Part shown: positions 38,034-52,314 of the stretch, in pieces | How the letters are laid out: the number at the start of each line of letters is the position of its first letter | Position numbering within the stretch: the first letter of the stretch is position 1 | Assembly (NCBI GenBank): GCA_964016885.1 | Contig: OZ024740.1 | Span: forward strand, 109,926,001-109,990,000 | Direction of reading: 5' to 3' | DNA: 64,000 bases | From: Eledone cirrhosa | Lineage: Eukaryota | Program-made: the position numbers and the translations under genes | The notes under the pieces: model-generated | Told to the model about the DNA's origin: nothing | The model's input: only the letters and a program-made list of their open reading frames with translations | Database searches by the model: none

Positions 38034-38890
38034 CAGGAATTTGACGATATTGTTCGCAAGATTACTGTCTAGGAAAAAATAAGACAGTTTTATTTTTTAA
38101 GATTTATTTATCAAACTTGGGTCAGTTTATCTTCATGACTTGTTCTTTCGATCTCACTCGATAAACCCGCCATTGGCTTTGATGTTGGCCTCAAGGCGGT
38201 CTCAGAACCGGTTACAGGCCTTCGTCACTGTCCTCCGACTTAGGCCCCTAAAGGCACTTGTCATCCTGGCCTTCAGATCGTCTTTCGTATTGTAGCTAGA
38301 TCTGTTGGTGTCTCGTTCCACTGTGCCCCACACAAAGAAGTTGAGGGGGTTGCAGTCAGGTGAAGTGTGGTCGACAAAGTTCTCTGACAGCCAGGCTTGG
38401 GTCTTTCGGCTGGTATGGCAGGGTGCTGAGTCTTGCTGCCACACGTACAGCCTACCTGCAGCTACCTGGTCAATTCAGGGCTTTACTACCTCGCTCAGAA
38501 CGCGGATGTAGCCATCGGTGTTCAGCTTGAGGCCCTCAAGGTAGAAGTGAGGTGGCATGAGGTCACCTTGACTGCTGACGACACCTAAGTTGTCGCTGGA
38601 AACTTTGTCTGCATGACTCTGGGCATGTCTTTGGATGAGACAGCGAGCCACCTGTTGTTCTGGGAGTTGATCTTCTGGTCTTATTTGTCCTCCCGGCGCG
38701 GATTCCAAGAAGAACTCCGTGTCTCTTCCACAAATTTGGAGGTTCAAAATTATTCATAATCAATTATTCTGAAAATAAATAATGGAAATATAGTCACTGT
38801 CTTTATGAAGACAAGAGTGACAACGGAAGTAAAAAAAACTTGCATAAAATTAGCAGTTGAAAATTGCGAACAAATATCGCCCTCACCCTA
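38034..38890 (-). mobile_element. Second copy of the DD37D mariner deletion derivative
   Basis: Reverse complement of 27404-28289, with both TIRs and the same large internal deletion. Confidence 0.9.
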
Positions 38891-39467
38891 TATATACATA
38901 TAGGAGAATGTTTAACCACGACGGACGAGCTCAAGCTGTTCCGAAAGCTATTTCTGGACTCCAGGATGGTCCATCTGGTTCCTTACCACACTTCTTTTGT
39001 TTTTTATATATATATATTATATATATATATATATTATATATATATATATTATATATATATTATATATATATATATTATATATATATTATATATATATATA
39101 TATTATATATATATATATATTATATATATATATTATATATATATATATTATATATATATATATTATATATATATATTATAGTAATAATAATAAATTTGAA
39201 GACTAAAATCCAAAGGGGGCTCGATAAGGATAAGGATATATATATATCAAATATATAAGAACAGTAGAGCAAATATTTATTAAAATAACAGATTAAAGTT
39301 TAAGCAAAGAATCGCTGCTTTCACCCTTAACGGGATCTTCTGAGTTTCAGAAGATCCTGTTATTTTAATAATATATATATTATATATATATAATATATAT
39401 ATATATTATAAATATATATTATATATATATATATTATATATATATATATATTATATATATATATTAT

Positions 39468-39921
39468 CATCATCATCATCACCGTTTTACGTCCGGTCTT
39501 CCACGCTAGCATGGGTTAGACGGGTTGTCCTGTTGTGGGCAGTATCTGGTCGGCTGACCATGCCTTGCTCATACAGGAACTGATTTGGCTTGATTTCTAC
39601 AGCTGGATGCCCTTCCTAACACCAACCACATTTACAGTGAGTGCTGGGTGCTTTTTCGTGGCGCCTACACGTCCACTTTACAGTGTGGGCTGGGTGCTTT
39701 TTTGCCGTGGCACCTCCACGACCACCTTGCGGTGGGGGGTGTGGGGGCATATTGTCTATATGCTTCAGCTTGTACCCATGGGAGGTCGGGTACTCTGTAT
39801 TACTGCGTGACGCCAGAAGTCACGGTCGTGTGTCATTGTCGTTGAGAGGTGTAATTGGGTAAGGTCGGCTTTTATCATCTCATCCCAGGTCATCTTGGGT
39901 CTCCCCACTCCGCGGTTTCCA
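39468..39921 (-). mobile_element. RTE subfamily B 3' fragment
   Basis: Near-identical to 2807-3249. Confidence 0.9.
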
Positions 39922-39952
39922 TATATATATTATATATATTATATATATAATA

Positions 39953-40000
<48 letters not shown>

Positions 40001-40242
40001 TATAATATATATATGTATAATATATATATATATAATATATATATATATAATATATATATATATAATATATATATATAATATATATATAATATATATATAT
40101 ATAATATATATATATAATATATATAATATATATATGGAAACCGCGGAGTGGGGAGACCCAAGATGACCTGGGATGAGATGATAAAAGCCGACCTTACCCA
40201 ATTACACCTCTCAACGACAATGACACACGACCGTGACTTCTG

Positions 40243-42241
40243 AGTAGAGTGTGACGAGGAGGTACGGGCACTTTACCAATGCAGTGGTGGAAGCAAGTGA
40301 AGCCCTGGTGCCGAGGAAAAAGAATAAAGGGAAGCACGTCAGCTCTGCAAACCCAAAAGTGTGTGCAGCCAGAGAACACCTGAAAGCTGCCAGGGACCAA
40401 TTCTATGCTGATCCTACGGAGGAGAGGATGGAGACTGTGGAGGTGATGAGGGAAGAGCTCTGTACCGCTTACACTGAGGTCAGAGAGGAGGCACTGATAG
40501 AGAAGATCAGAAGTGTGGAGAGCGCGGTTGACAGATCTGGATGTAAGGAGAGCTGGATGATCATCAACGAGATCGCAGGGAGGAAGAGAAGGTGTTCGAG
40601 TCAGATCCAGGGAACGGGGCGCGAGGATAGGAAGAGGAAATGGCTAGACCATTTTAGGACCCTACTAGGAGAGCCACCCTCCACAGCCCAGAGCACTGGG
40701 GAGATCAGGCGGCTGTTTGAGACAGAGCCCTTCACCAGAGAGGAGCTTCAGAGAGCCAAGAAGAGGATCAAGGAGGGCAAGGCTCATGGAGAAGATGGAG
40801 TGGCATCAGAGGTGATGAAGAGGTGTGATTTTGATGATATCATCCTGGGGTTCTGTAACGGGGCACTGGAGAAAGGAGTTGCTCCGAATCAGTGGAGGAT
40901 CAGTAACATCGTCCCAGTGCCAAAGAAGGGAGATCTCTCTAACACCAACAACTACCGGGGATCTCACTGATGTCACTTGTGGCAAAGACCCTCAACAGGA
41001 TGATTCTTAACAGGATCCAGCCTGAGATGGAGAAGAAGCTCAGGGACAACCAGAACGGCTTCAGAGAGGGTAGATCAACCACCAGTCACATCCTGATGCT
41101 GAGGAGGATATTAGAGGGAGCTAGAGCAAAGTGCCTTCCTGTGGTCATGGTTTTCATTGACTTTAGGAAGGCCTTTGATTCTGTGGATTGTTACTGCCTG
41201 ATGAAGATCTTACAGGCTTATGGAATCCCCAAGAGGATAGTGGACCTGATATCACTGCTCTACACCAACACCAAAGCCCAAGTCATTACACCTGATGGGA
41301 TGACAGAGTTCTTTGAGATACTGGCTGGAGTGCTCCAGGGAGATACATTGGCTCCCTATCTTTTTATCATCGTAGTGGACTATTGTATGCGCCTTGCACT
41401 GGAGAAACACCAGGACTCTGGCTTTACTGTAGCACTGGCTCAGAGCAGGAGAGTTAGGGCGAAAAAGGTATCGGATGCTGAATTTGCCGACGACATAGTT
41501 TTGGTGACAAATATAGTGAAGGAGGCAGAGGATTTGATGCAGGAGGTTGAGACTGTGTCGATGAGTGTGGGGCTGAGAATGAATGAGACTAAAACAAAAT
41601 ATCTGGTAGAGAATGTTGAGAAGCCAGAGGGGATCACTAATGTAGGCGGGAAGCCGCTGGAGTTGGTTGAGGACTTCCTGTATTTGGGAGCAAGGATTGG
41701 GAATACGGAGGATGATGTGGTTGAGAGGAAGAGCAAGGCCTGGACGGCGTGCCACAGTTTGAGATCGGTGTGGAAGTCGGACCTTCGTAGAGACCTGAAA
41801 ATCCGCCTCTTCATTGCTGTAGTGGAGTCTGTGCTGCTGTATGGGTCTGGGACTTGGACACTGACCAAGAAACTCACTCAGATGGTGGATGGGTGCTACA
41901 CGAGAATGCTGAGGATGGCTCTGAACATTAATCAGTATACACTGAGGATGAAAAACTCAGAGCTGCATGGGAGCATCCCAAAAGTCAGCTCAAAAGTGAC
42001 ACAGAGGAGACTGAGGTTGGCTGGACATGCTCACCGACATCCAGAGTTGACATTGCACTCAGTGCTCCTTTGGGAGCCCCTACATGGACACACTAGAAGA
42101 GGAAGACCAAGGTTAACGTATGTTGATGCCCTAAGGACAGACACTGGTCTGTTGGAGATGCAGGACATGGCAGCGATAATGAGGGACAGAGACCGCTGGA
42201 GAGAACTCGCCCATGGATCTCGGGAATTTTACCCGCCTTAG
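40243..42241 (+). mobile_element. GC-rich non-LTR retrotransposon (RTE/RTE-X-like), 5'-truncated, one frameshift at ~40960
   Basis: ORFs 40251..40970 and 40970..42241: PVPKKGD..NYRG, QNGFR, FIDFRKAFD, GVLQGDTLAPYLF, EFADD, FLYLG, RLRLAGH, RGRP. Confidence 0.9.
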
Positions 42242-42386
42242 ATATATAATATATATATATATAATATATATATATAATATATATATATATAATATATATA
42301 TATATAATATATATATATATAATATATAATATATATATATAATATATATATAATATATATATATAATATATATATATATATAATAT

Positions 42387-42420
<34 letters not shown>

Positions 42421-42673
42421 ATATATATATATAATATATATATAATATATATATATAATATATATATATAATATATATATAATATATATATATATAATAT
42501 AATATATATATATAATATATATATTTATTAAAATAACAGGATCTTCTGAAACTCAGAAGATCCCGTTAAGGGTGAAAGCAGCGATTCTTTGCTTAAACTT
42601 TAATCTGTTATTTTAATAAATATTTGCTCTACTGTTCTTATATATTTGATATATATATATACATATACGTAAT

Positions 42674-43018
42674 GGAGGCACATGGTTTAGTGGTTAGAGC
42701 ATTGGCCTTGCAATTAAAAGGTTGTGAGTTCAATTCTCAGACCAGGTGATGTGTTGTTTCTTTGAGCAAGACACTTTATTTCATATTGCTCCAGTTTATT
42801 CAGCTGTAGAAATGAGATGATAGGGACTGGGGTCCCTATCATTCCACTGCAAAGTGGTCATGGAGGTGCCACGGCAAAAAAGCACCCACCACTCACTGTA
42901 AATGAGGTTGGTGGTAGGAAGCGCATCCAGCTGTAGAATTCAAGCCAGAAGCAGTTCCCGTCCCACCCTTGCAAGCAGGGAAAAGCGGACGTTAAATGAT
43001 GATGATGATGATGATGAT
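42674..43018 (+). mobile_element. Full-length CORE-like/RTE-tail SINE
   Basis: Close match to 14858-15190. (GAT)n tail. Confidence 0.85.
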
Positions 43019-43089
43019 ACATATATGCACACACACATTACACACATATATATAAATATGTACATGAACGAGTATGTGTGTGTATGTAT

Positions 43090-43126
<37 letters not shown>

Positions 43127-43620
43127 TACACACATGTGCACACACATTACACATGTATATATATATACACATATATCTATATGTGGAACTGTGTGTGGAG
43201 ACAGTAGCTTACAGGAACAATTAAGACACACCTAAACACACCTGCATATATAAACATGTTTAGTATTTATATATAAAGAGTGGAAACACATGAACAGAGG
43301 CACATATATACACATGAACACACAAGGGGATACATTCATACACATCTATACACATCCACACACACACGGTATACATGTAATAATGACTTAAACAGTTTAG
43401 AGTTTCTAGATAGAGTATAGAGATTAGCAGTTACATATATATACAAACCAATACATATACATGATTTGTGTGTATACACACATAAATACACATATAAACA
43501 AACACACACACATATATACACGCACACACACACACAAATATATAGTTTACACAAACTAATAATATATATAAGCAAACACACATTCTCTTGCTATATATAT
43601 ATATATATATACATATATAT

Positions 43621-43812
43621 AATATAGAAATGGTTTCTACAGGACTAGAACTGTTTCATTTGAGAGAAATCATCAGGAAGTCCCTGATGATTTCTCCTGA
43701 ATGAAACAGTTCTAGTCCTGTAGAAGCCATTTCTATATTAAATATTTATACTCTGCTATGTATTGAGTACCTTACTTACTGTTGTTAGCCCCGATTGAAC
43801 CCAAAATAAACC
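43621..43812. ncRNA. Fold-back mini-element with a hammerhead-like core on both strands
   Basis: Arms at 43621-43677 and 43683-43739. CTGATGA-TTTC..-GAAA-CAGTTC is read on each strand. A sister copy lies at 48272-48440. Confidence 0.65.
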
Positions 43813-43821
43813 TATATACAT

Positions 43822-44319
43822 ATCATCATCATCATCATTTAACGTCCATCTTCCACGCTAGTATGGGTTAGACGGTTTTGTTCCATTTCATGTGGGAATG
43901 GTCGGGAGACCATGCCTCGCTCGCACGGGAGCATCTCTGGCAAGTTTTTTACAGCTGGATGCCCTTCCTAACACCAACCACATTTAGTGTCTCCTACACA
44001 ACCACCTTACAGTGTGGGCTGTTTTGTCATTGACATAGTGGATGGACGGGAGAGGGAGGATGGGGTAGAGATGTGAGGGTGGGGTATACATTGGGTTAAG
44101 AGGTGCCTACTGACTGTAGGTTTGTATGCAATGGCAGTTGGGTCACCTGTACAACTGCATCAACTGCATGTCTTAGAGAGATGTAGGTGAGCAAGGTCAG
44201 TTTTTATCACCTCGTCCCAGGTTTTCCTTCGTCTACCCACTCTGTAGCTTCCATCAATTTTCATTGTCCTGCACTTTTTTATACAGCTGTCGTCCTTCAT
44301 ACGCATCACATGTCCATAC

Positions 44320-44322
<3 letters not shown>
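43822..44322 (-). mobile_element. RTE 3' fragment (diverged subfamily)
   Basis: (CAT)n tail, UTR motif and C-terminal coding remnant. Confidence 0.8.
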
Positions 44323-44399
<77 letters not shown>

Positions 44400-44402
<3 letters not shown>

Positions 44403-44605
44403 AGCTCAACAACAAATTAGCAAACCATACTCGAGGACGTGCGTTTCAGTGAGCAGATTTCAACCCATTTATGGCAGCCATTCGTGCATCCTTCAGTATA
44501 GTTTGCTAATTTGTTGTTGGAACTAACCCTATACCAAAGTCATCCTTTGGACTGAGTGCTCTACTTACTATGGATATAACCTCCCCTCCCATTTTTTTTA
44601 CCACT
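44400..44605. repeat. Fold-back mini-element related to 15198-15414
   Basis: Arms at 44400-44442 and 44483-44526. Shares TTGGACTGAGTGCTCTAC..ACTA(T/C)GGATAT with the reverse complement of 15219-15248. Confidence 0.65.
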
Positions 44606-44822
44606 ATATATATATATATCCCCGTCCCACTCTTGCAAGCAGGGAAAAGCGGACATAAAATGATGATGATGATAAAATAGGAAAAGCTTCAGGACCCTGA
44701 TGGCTGAGCTACGGCCGTTTCGACAGCTAGATCCTGACTCTTTTCCTATTACCCACTCTACTACCCTAAGTATCGAGTACTCTGGTGCGATATGGTTCAC
44801 CTGGTTCCTTACCACACTTCCT

Positions 44823-44878
<56 letters not shown>

Positions 44879-45236
44879 TATATATATATATACATATACA
44901 TATACACACATATATATATATATACATATACATATACACACGTATATATATATATACATATACATATACACACATATATATATATATACATATACATATA
45001 CACACATATATATATACATATACATATATATACATATATATACATATACATACATATATACATATACATATACATACATATATATACATATACATACATA
45101 TATATACATATACATACATATATATACATATACATACATATATATACATATACATACATATACATATACATATATATATATATATATATATACATACATA
45201 TATACATATATACATATACATATACATATATATATA

Positions 45237-45268
<32 letters not shown>

Positions 45269-45269
<1 letters not shown>

Positions 45270-46175
45270 GTAAATATGATAATAATGGAGCTGCGGCGTT
45301 GCAAATGGGATACATATGAAAAAGTGAGTCCTTCATCAGTGACGCTCCAACCCTCCTAGGCATTTCATCACTTTAAGGGCCATATACCTCAGGTTGGTGC
45401 GAACAACGGCTAAAAAAAGTCGTTGGGACACGTAAATAAAGAGAACGTTAGGGTGAACAAACAAAATGGTTTAAGCAACAGAAAGTGAGAAGAAAGAGAC
45501 AAGTCCCAGATTTCTATGAATATAAACTCGCACTGATGAAGGACTCACTTTTTCATATGCACCCCATTTGCAACGCCGCAGCTCCATTATTATCATATTT
45601 ACACATATATTTTTTCCTCTGCTGCCACCCGTCTGTTTCGTTCCTTGTATCTTTACCCTTTCTAGCAGTCTCTCTCTCTGTTAGCCTCCTCCTCAACTTT
45701 CACTCACTCATACCCTGTCACTGCCTCTCCTCCTCTTCTCTTTCTTCCCGCTTGACCTGTCCGATTTCTTTTCTCGCGCACTCTTGGCCAAGCCGGTATG
45801 AAATTTTTTTTCTCTCTCTCTCGTCTGCGTCTTCACAGAACTTATGTTTACCGAATTCACAGACCAGACCCCTTCTTCTTCCCCCCATTAGACCTGTGCG
45901 AAATTCCTTCCTTGCTCACATTTCAACCAGGTTTGATGGTCTTTATTCTCTAGTTCACAATTCCACCGAATTTATATTCATAGAAATCTGGGACTTGTCT
46001 CTTTCTTCTCACTTTCTGTTGCTTAAACCATTTTGTTTGTTCACCCTAACGTTCTCTTTATTTACGTGTCCCAACGACTTTTTTTAGCCGTTGTTCGCAC
46101 CAACCTGAGGTATATGGCCCTTAAAGCGATGAAATGCCTAGGATGGTTGGAGGGTCACTGATGAAGGACTCACTT

Positions 46176-46181
<6 letters not shown>
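45269..46181. repeat. Nested inverted-repeat element between two long TA/TACA arrays
   Basis: 45269-45341 is inverted at 45531-45603; 45316-45526 is inverted at 45972-46181. Confidence 0.8.
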
Positions 46182-46980
<799 letters not shown>

Positions 46981-47522
46981 TTAACTTCTTGTTGGGTGCT
47001 TTATTCGGTTTGTCTAAAGGGATTCATTCCTTTATCTCAAATTAGAATTCACCGCCTAAGCGGGGGTTACCTCCCTTGGAGTAAACCACGTGTCTGTGGC
47101 GACATTTAATGCTACAACATACCCGCTCAGGCTAAGAATGAAAGACTTGCTGAAGAAGTAAATCCTATGTTCTGTCGTCAAAAGCCATTATATTGCAGAC
47201 TCCTGCAATAGGAATTTGTCGATCTTGGATTTACAGAAACTTAGCGCTGATGTTGGATGCTATATATGTAAGTTATATATTTTGCACTCAGCCTCCCGCT
47301 ATGTCCGGGTCAGTATACAATCTTTTCCTGGGTCCTGTATTTTCGTTGCTCTAGTGATGCGGCTAGACTGCCGACCGCTATATCTGATTTGCTAAGCTGT
47401 CTGAACGTAATGTTATTACTCTGGGGTCTTTCCTCATCTGAGTGCTCAGCTACAGACCGATTATGCATATACGCTAGCTTGGCCGTATTCTAAAGCTTCG
47501 TCAATGCTGTACTAAAATTTAC

Positions 47523-47560
<38 letters not shown>

Positions 47561-47622
47561 GAAACTGGCTTTCTTAACCAAGAACTGGATCACAATAAGC
47601 AATTTTTTGCTTCTCTATATAC

Positions 47623-47655
<33 letters not shown>

Positions 47656-47771
47656 CATACAGAGTCGGGCGAGATCAATACAGATGAAACCTTGAGTTGA
47701 TCAGTAGCGAAACGTGTGTCACCAACCAATAAACGTAAGGAAGGAGTAACCATTCGTCCTTGTATTATTAT

Positions 47772-48147
47772 ATTGGCAGTATCGGTAGAGGGTCAGATGC
47801 CATCCTTTACAACAAAGAGTTACGGCCCTTTATTGTCTGAGTTCAAATCCCGCCGAGGTTAACTTTAGCTTTCATCCTTACGGGTGTCGATAAAATAAAG
47901 TACCAGTAATACACTGGGATAATTTCTGGCCTTGTGCCAAAAGTAGAAACAATTATAATATTGGCAGAATCAATAGAGGGTCGGACGCCATGCTTTGCAG
48001 CATAGAGTTATGGCTCTTTATGATCTGAGTTCAAATGCCGCCGAGGTTAACTTTGCCTTTCATGCTTACAAGGTCGATAAAAGTACCAGTAATGCACTGA
48101 GATAATTGCTGGCCTTGTGCCAAAAGTAGAAAGAATTATTATATTAC
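47772..48147 (+). mobile_element. Two tandem (ATT)-tail SINE copies
   Basis: Both match 15760-15945. They interrupt a CpG-containing mini-element (47661-47770 + 48148-48243). Confidence 0.85.
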
Positions 48148-48809
48148 ACTCGGTCTAGCTCTACACCTCGATAGTGATGTGAACCTAAACATCGAGTGCT
48201 CACCTGGGTGAACCTACAGTAACTCCGCGTTACACTCCCTGGATATATATATATATATTTATATATGTATATCACGAGTTCCATCAGGGGTAACCACAGT
48301 AAGTAAGGTACTCAATACATAGCAGAGTATAAATATTTAATATAGAAATGGCTTCTACAGGACTAGAACTCTTTCATTCCGGATGATTTCCTTCGAATGA
48401 AACAGTTCTACTCCTGTAGAAGCCATTTCTATATTAAATAAATAAATACACACACACATACACACACATATATATACATACACAGTCATATCTGTATATG
48501 CACCTAAACGCATGTGTGTAAAAAACAACGTACAAATATATATACACATAATTGTTTCTACTTTAGGCACAAGGCCAGCAATTACCCAGTGCATTACTGG
48601 TACTTTATTTTATCGACCCCGTAAGGATGAAAGGCAAAATTAACCTCGGTGGGATTTACACATAATGAGTAGCTTCTTGTGTTTTGACCCCCCCCCCCCC
48701 CTCCTCCTTCCCGAGAATACCATTATTTACACTCCAGCACAATTCATATACAGTAGCTAATGAAGGAAGAATGTAACACCCCAATACACACACACATACA
48801 CATATATAC

Positions 48810-49125
48810 ATGTTCATCATCATCAGCATCATACACACACACACATATATATATTTCATCATTAACATTATACACACACACACACACACATATATATTTA
48901 TTTCATCATCATCAACATCATACACACACACACACACATATATTTCATCATCATCAACATCATACACACACACATATATTTCATCATCATCAACATCATA
49001 CACACACACACACACATATATTTCATCATCATCAACATCATACACACACACACACACATATATTTCATCATCATCAACATCATACACACACACACATATA
49101 TATTTCATCATCATCAACATCATGT
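48810..49125. repeat. ~40-bp composite minisatellite
   Basis: Unit TTTCATCATCATCAACATCATA(CA)nTATA. Confidence 0.9.
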
Positions 49126-49489
49126 ATACACATACACCATAGGATGATATAATTCACTGGTGTTTATATAGAGAAAAATAAAATTACACACACACACACA
49201 CACACACACAGAAACTTTCAATATTCTAATCACCACACACATGAGTGTGTGTGTGTGTGTGTGTGCAAGCGTGTCTAGTAAGAGGAGGTGACTAATTTAT
49301 TGTGAGATGCTCCACAGGTCAACATGGCTAGACGTTATTCTCAGCTTGACTGGTGGTGGTACACAAGGGGATGTATTGTTTCTACTGTGGTTTATACTAA
49401 TCCTAGGTTAAATGTAAGTATTCCAGCTACTAGTTAGAATATGACTGGTATAGTGGTGGATGGGGATAGATAGAGAGATAGAGAGAGAG

Positions 49490-49770
49490 AGAGAGGGGAG
49501 AGTGATAAATGAAGAGAGAGAGAGGGGAGAGTGATAAATGAAGAGAGAGAAAGAGAGGGGAGAGTGATAACTGAAGAGAGAGAAAGAGAGGGGAGAGTGA
49601 TAACTGAAGAGAGAGAGAGAGGAGAGTGATAAATGAAGAGAGAGAGAGAGAGGAGAGTGATAAATGAAGAGAGAGAAAGAGAGGGGAGAGTGATAACTGA
49701 AGAGAGAGAGAGAGAGAGGAGAGTGATAAATGAAGAGAGAGAAAGAGAGGGGAGAGTGATAAATGAAGAG
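49490..49770. repeat. ~30-bp GA-rich minisatellite
   Basis: Unit GGAGAGTGATAA(A/C)TGAA(GA)n. Confidence 0.9.
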
Positions 49771-50649
49771 AGAGAAAGACAAATAAAGAGAGACATAGAG
49801 AGAACTACATACAGAGAGATAAGGAGTGAGAGTAACAGAGAGTTAGTGGAAGAGAGTGACAGAGGGTGTGAGAGAGTATCATATAGAGAAGGAGAGACAT
49901 AAAGATATATATAGAGAGAGAGGAATAAGAGAAAGACAGTGACATAGAGAAAGAAAAAGAGAGGGTAATAAAGTGATTGCAAGCCAATATTCCATATATA
50001 TATGTGTGTTAGTGTATGGGTATAGAAATTAACTACTAGCATAGGAAAACCACTATTTTTTTAAAAGTAAAATATGTAGGTGTAGACATGGCTGAGTGGT
50101 TAAGAGGTTCACTTTGTAATCATGTGGTTTTGGCTTCGATTACACTATGGAACCTTGGGCAAGTGCTTTCTATTTTAGCCTCAGGCTGATCAATGTCTTG
50201 TGAGTGAATTTCATATATATATATATATCAACACAAATGCATGCAACCTAAGGTTTCAAACTTCAACCAGCACGTGACAGATATTCTAACGCTGTACATA
50301 GAGCACTTTTTCCTTGATCTATATCTTCTGAGACTCTTGGCACTATGTGTGTGAGTGTGCAACAGAAAAGACTGAGCTGGTATGGATGATGATTGTAGGG
50401 TGAAAAAGTGCCAGTATTTATTTTTTCAAGTCTGGTATTTATTTTATTAATGTCTTTTTGTTGAGCCACTCAGTTATGGAACATAACATTCCTATATACG
50501 TGTGCATGCATCAGAAAGTCTAGGGTTTTGAGGGTCATGTGTGTTGGGTGGTATATGTGTGTTAGGTGGTATATATGTGTTGTAAATGAATGTGTGAGAG
50601 AGCAAGGTTAAATAGAGGTTATAGAAGGTGAGGGATGGCATTGAGTCCA

Positions 50650-51000
50650 TTCACAAAGTTGCTTGAATGGAAAAAATTAAGTTCTGCTCAGTTCTGGTGT
50701 GTGTGGCTGGGGAATTGTGGTGTAATAAGAGGCCTGAGACAGTGAGATGTTGAGTAATGTGGTTGGGGGAATAGAAGTGATGAGCCACAGGGGTGTGTTT
50801 TCCAAGTCCCACAGGTGTTCAGCAAATTCGTCTGCCAGACGGTGGCTTGTTTGTCTGATGTATATATGGACCTGCAATGGGAACACCGGAGGGCATAGAT
50901 AGAGTGGCAAATGCGAAAAGGATGGTTCATACCTATGAGTGTGGTGAAGTTTCTTATGTAGGGACAGGTGTTATAGCGAGGGCAGGACTGTATTTGATGA
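50650..51000 (-). pseudogene. Degenerate PLE GIY-YIG endonuclease fragment
   Basis: Frameshifted IYALRCSHCRSIY / YIRQTSHRLADEFAEHL, preceded by a CP..NTCPYI Cys linker. Confidence 0.6.
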
Positions 51001-52069
51001 AACTTGTTGCAGTTTCAATTCTGTGAATCAAATATATATATGTTGCTTATGCATTTGTTTTGCAAGAGTTTTGATGTGAAATCATGTGCTGAAACAGATT
51101 TATTTTGGTAGGGTCATGCTGTCAACTAAAACACATGCATTGACAAAGAGATTATTTACTTGATTAAGAATAAAAACCTAAGGAAAACTCAACTAATATA
51201 TACAATTTTTAATTGGCATGACCCTCCTAAGTACAACATCATCATTATTATTTAAAGTGAGATGAATTGGTTATCATTGTCTGAGACTAGGCAAGTTGAG
51301 GGTACCACATCTTATTTATATATTCCAGTTTTAGCATGGCTTCAACAGCTGTATACCTTTTCTAACACCAGCAATTTGACACAGAAAGCAACATATTCCA
51401 GTGTGCAGTGAAAGATGCACTATATGAAAACCATTTCTAGATATATGAGTTGGTAGAGAGAAAAGTGACTAGTAGATGCCTTGATATCTTTAGAACAGTG
51501 CCAGCCTTACCTCCTCCTACACTCAAGAACACTTACAGTTAGAGATTCCTACAAGTGTTTTTTTCTGACTTTTCAAATTATTTCTCTCTTTTTTTTCAAA
51601 ATTATATCTATGTAAGCAGATGGTTGTGAGGTTAATGAGTTTACTTTCCAACCATGTGCTTCTGGTTTCAGTCCTGATACATAGCACCTCAGGTAAACCA
51701 ATGTTTTCTGAGTGGAACATAGTAGACAGTAATTACAGAAGCATATTTTATATGTGTGTGAGTATATACCATCTGCTATCAATATAACATCATATTAGAA
51801 AGCTGACCCCCGAATTGAATTTTCTATTTTCTATTTTCTATCTTCTATTTTTTTTCTCTATCTCCTATCTTCCATTCTATGTTTGTTTCAACTTAATCCC
51901 GTTACACAATTCTGCAAATAACACCTGATGAAATCGCCTAGTCTTCCTTTATAATCGGATGATAGAGCTGGTCCATCGAAATATGTATAGCCCTTTTGTG
52001 GAATTAAAATACTATAGTAAATTTTCCGGTTTAGCATTCTGTTGTTATTTTAATGAGTATATATATATA

Positions 52070-52297
52070 TATTGTTATACTTTGGGAGGGTCATGTTGCC
52101 AATAAGAAACACACGCACCAGTTGCTTTTACTTCAATTTATTATAATAAATTTATAAATTTATTATAATAAATTGAAGTAAAAGCAACTGGTGCGTGTGT
52201 TTCTTATTGGCAACATGACCCTCCCAAAGTATAACAATATCGGTTTCAACACACGTTTTCAGATAAAGAATCTTGCTAAACAAATTCAGAAACGAAA
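52070..52297. repeat. Near-perfect fold-back mini-element
   Basis: ATTGTTATACTTTGGGAGGGTCATG...CATGACCCTCCCAAAGTATAACAAT with ~80-bp arms. Related sequences at 17065-17160, 19518-19570 and 51045-51240. Confidence 0.85.
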
Positions 52298-52314
52298 TAT
52301 ATATATATATCTAT

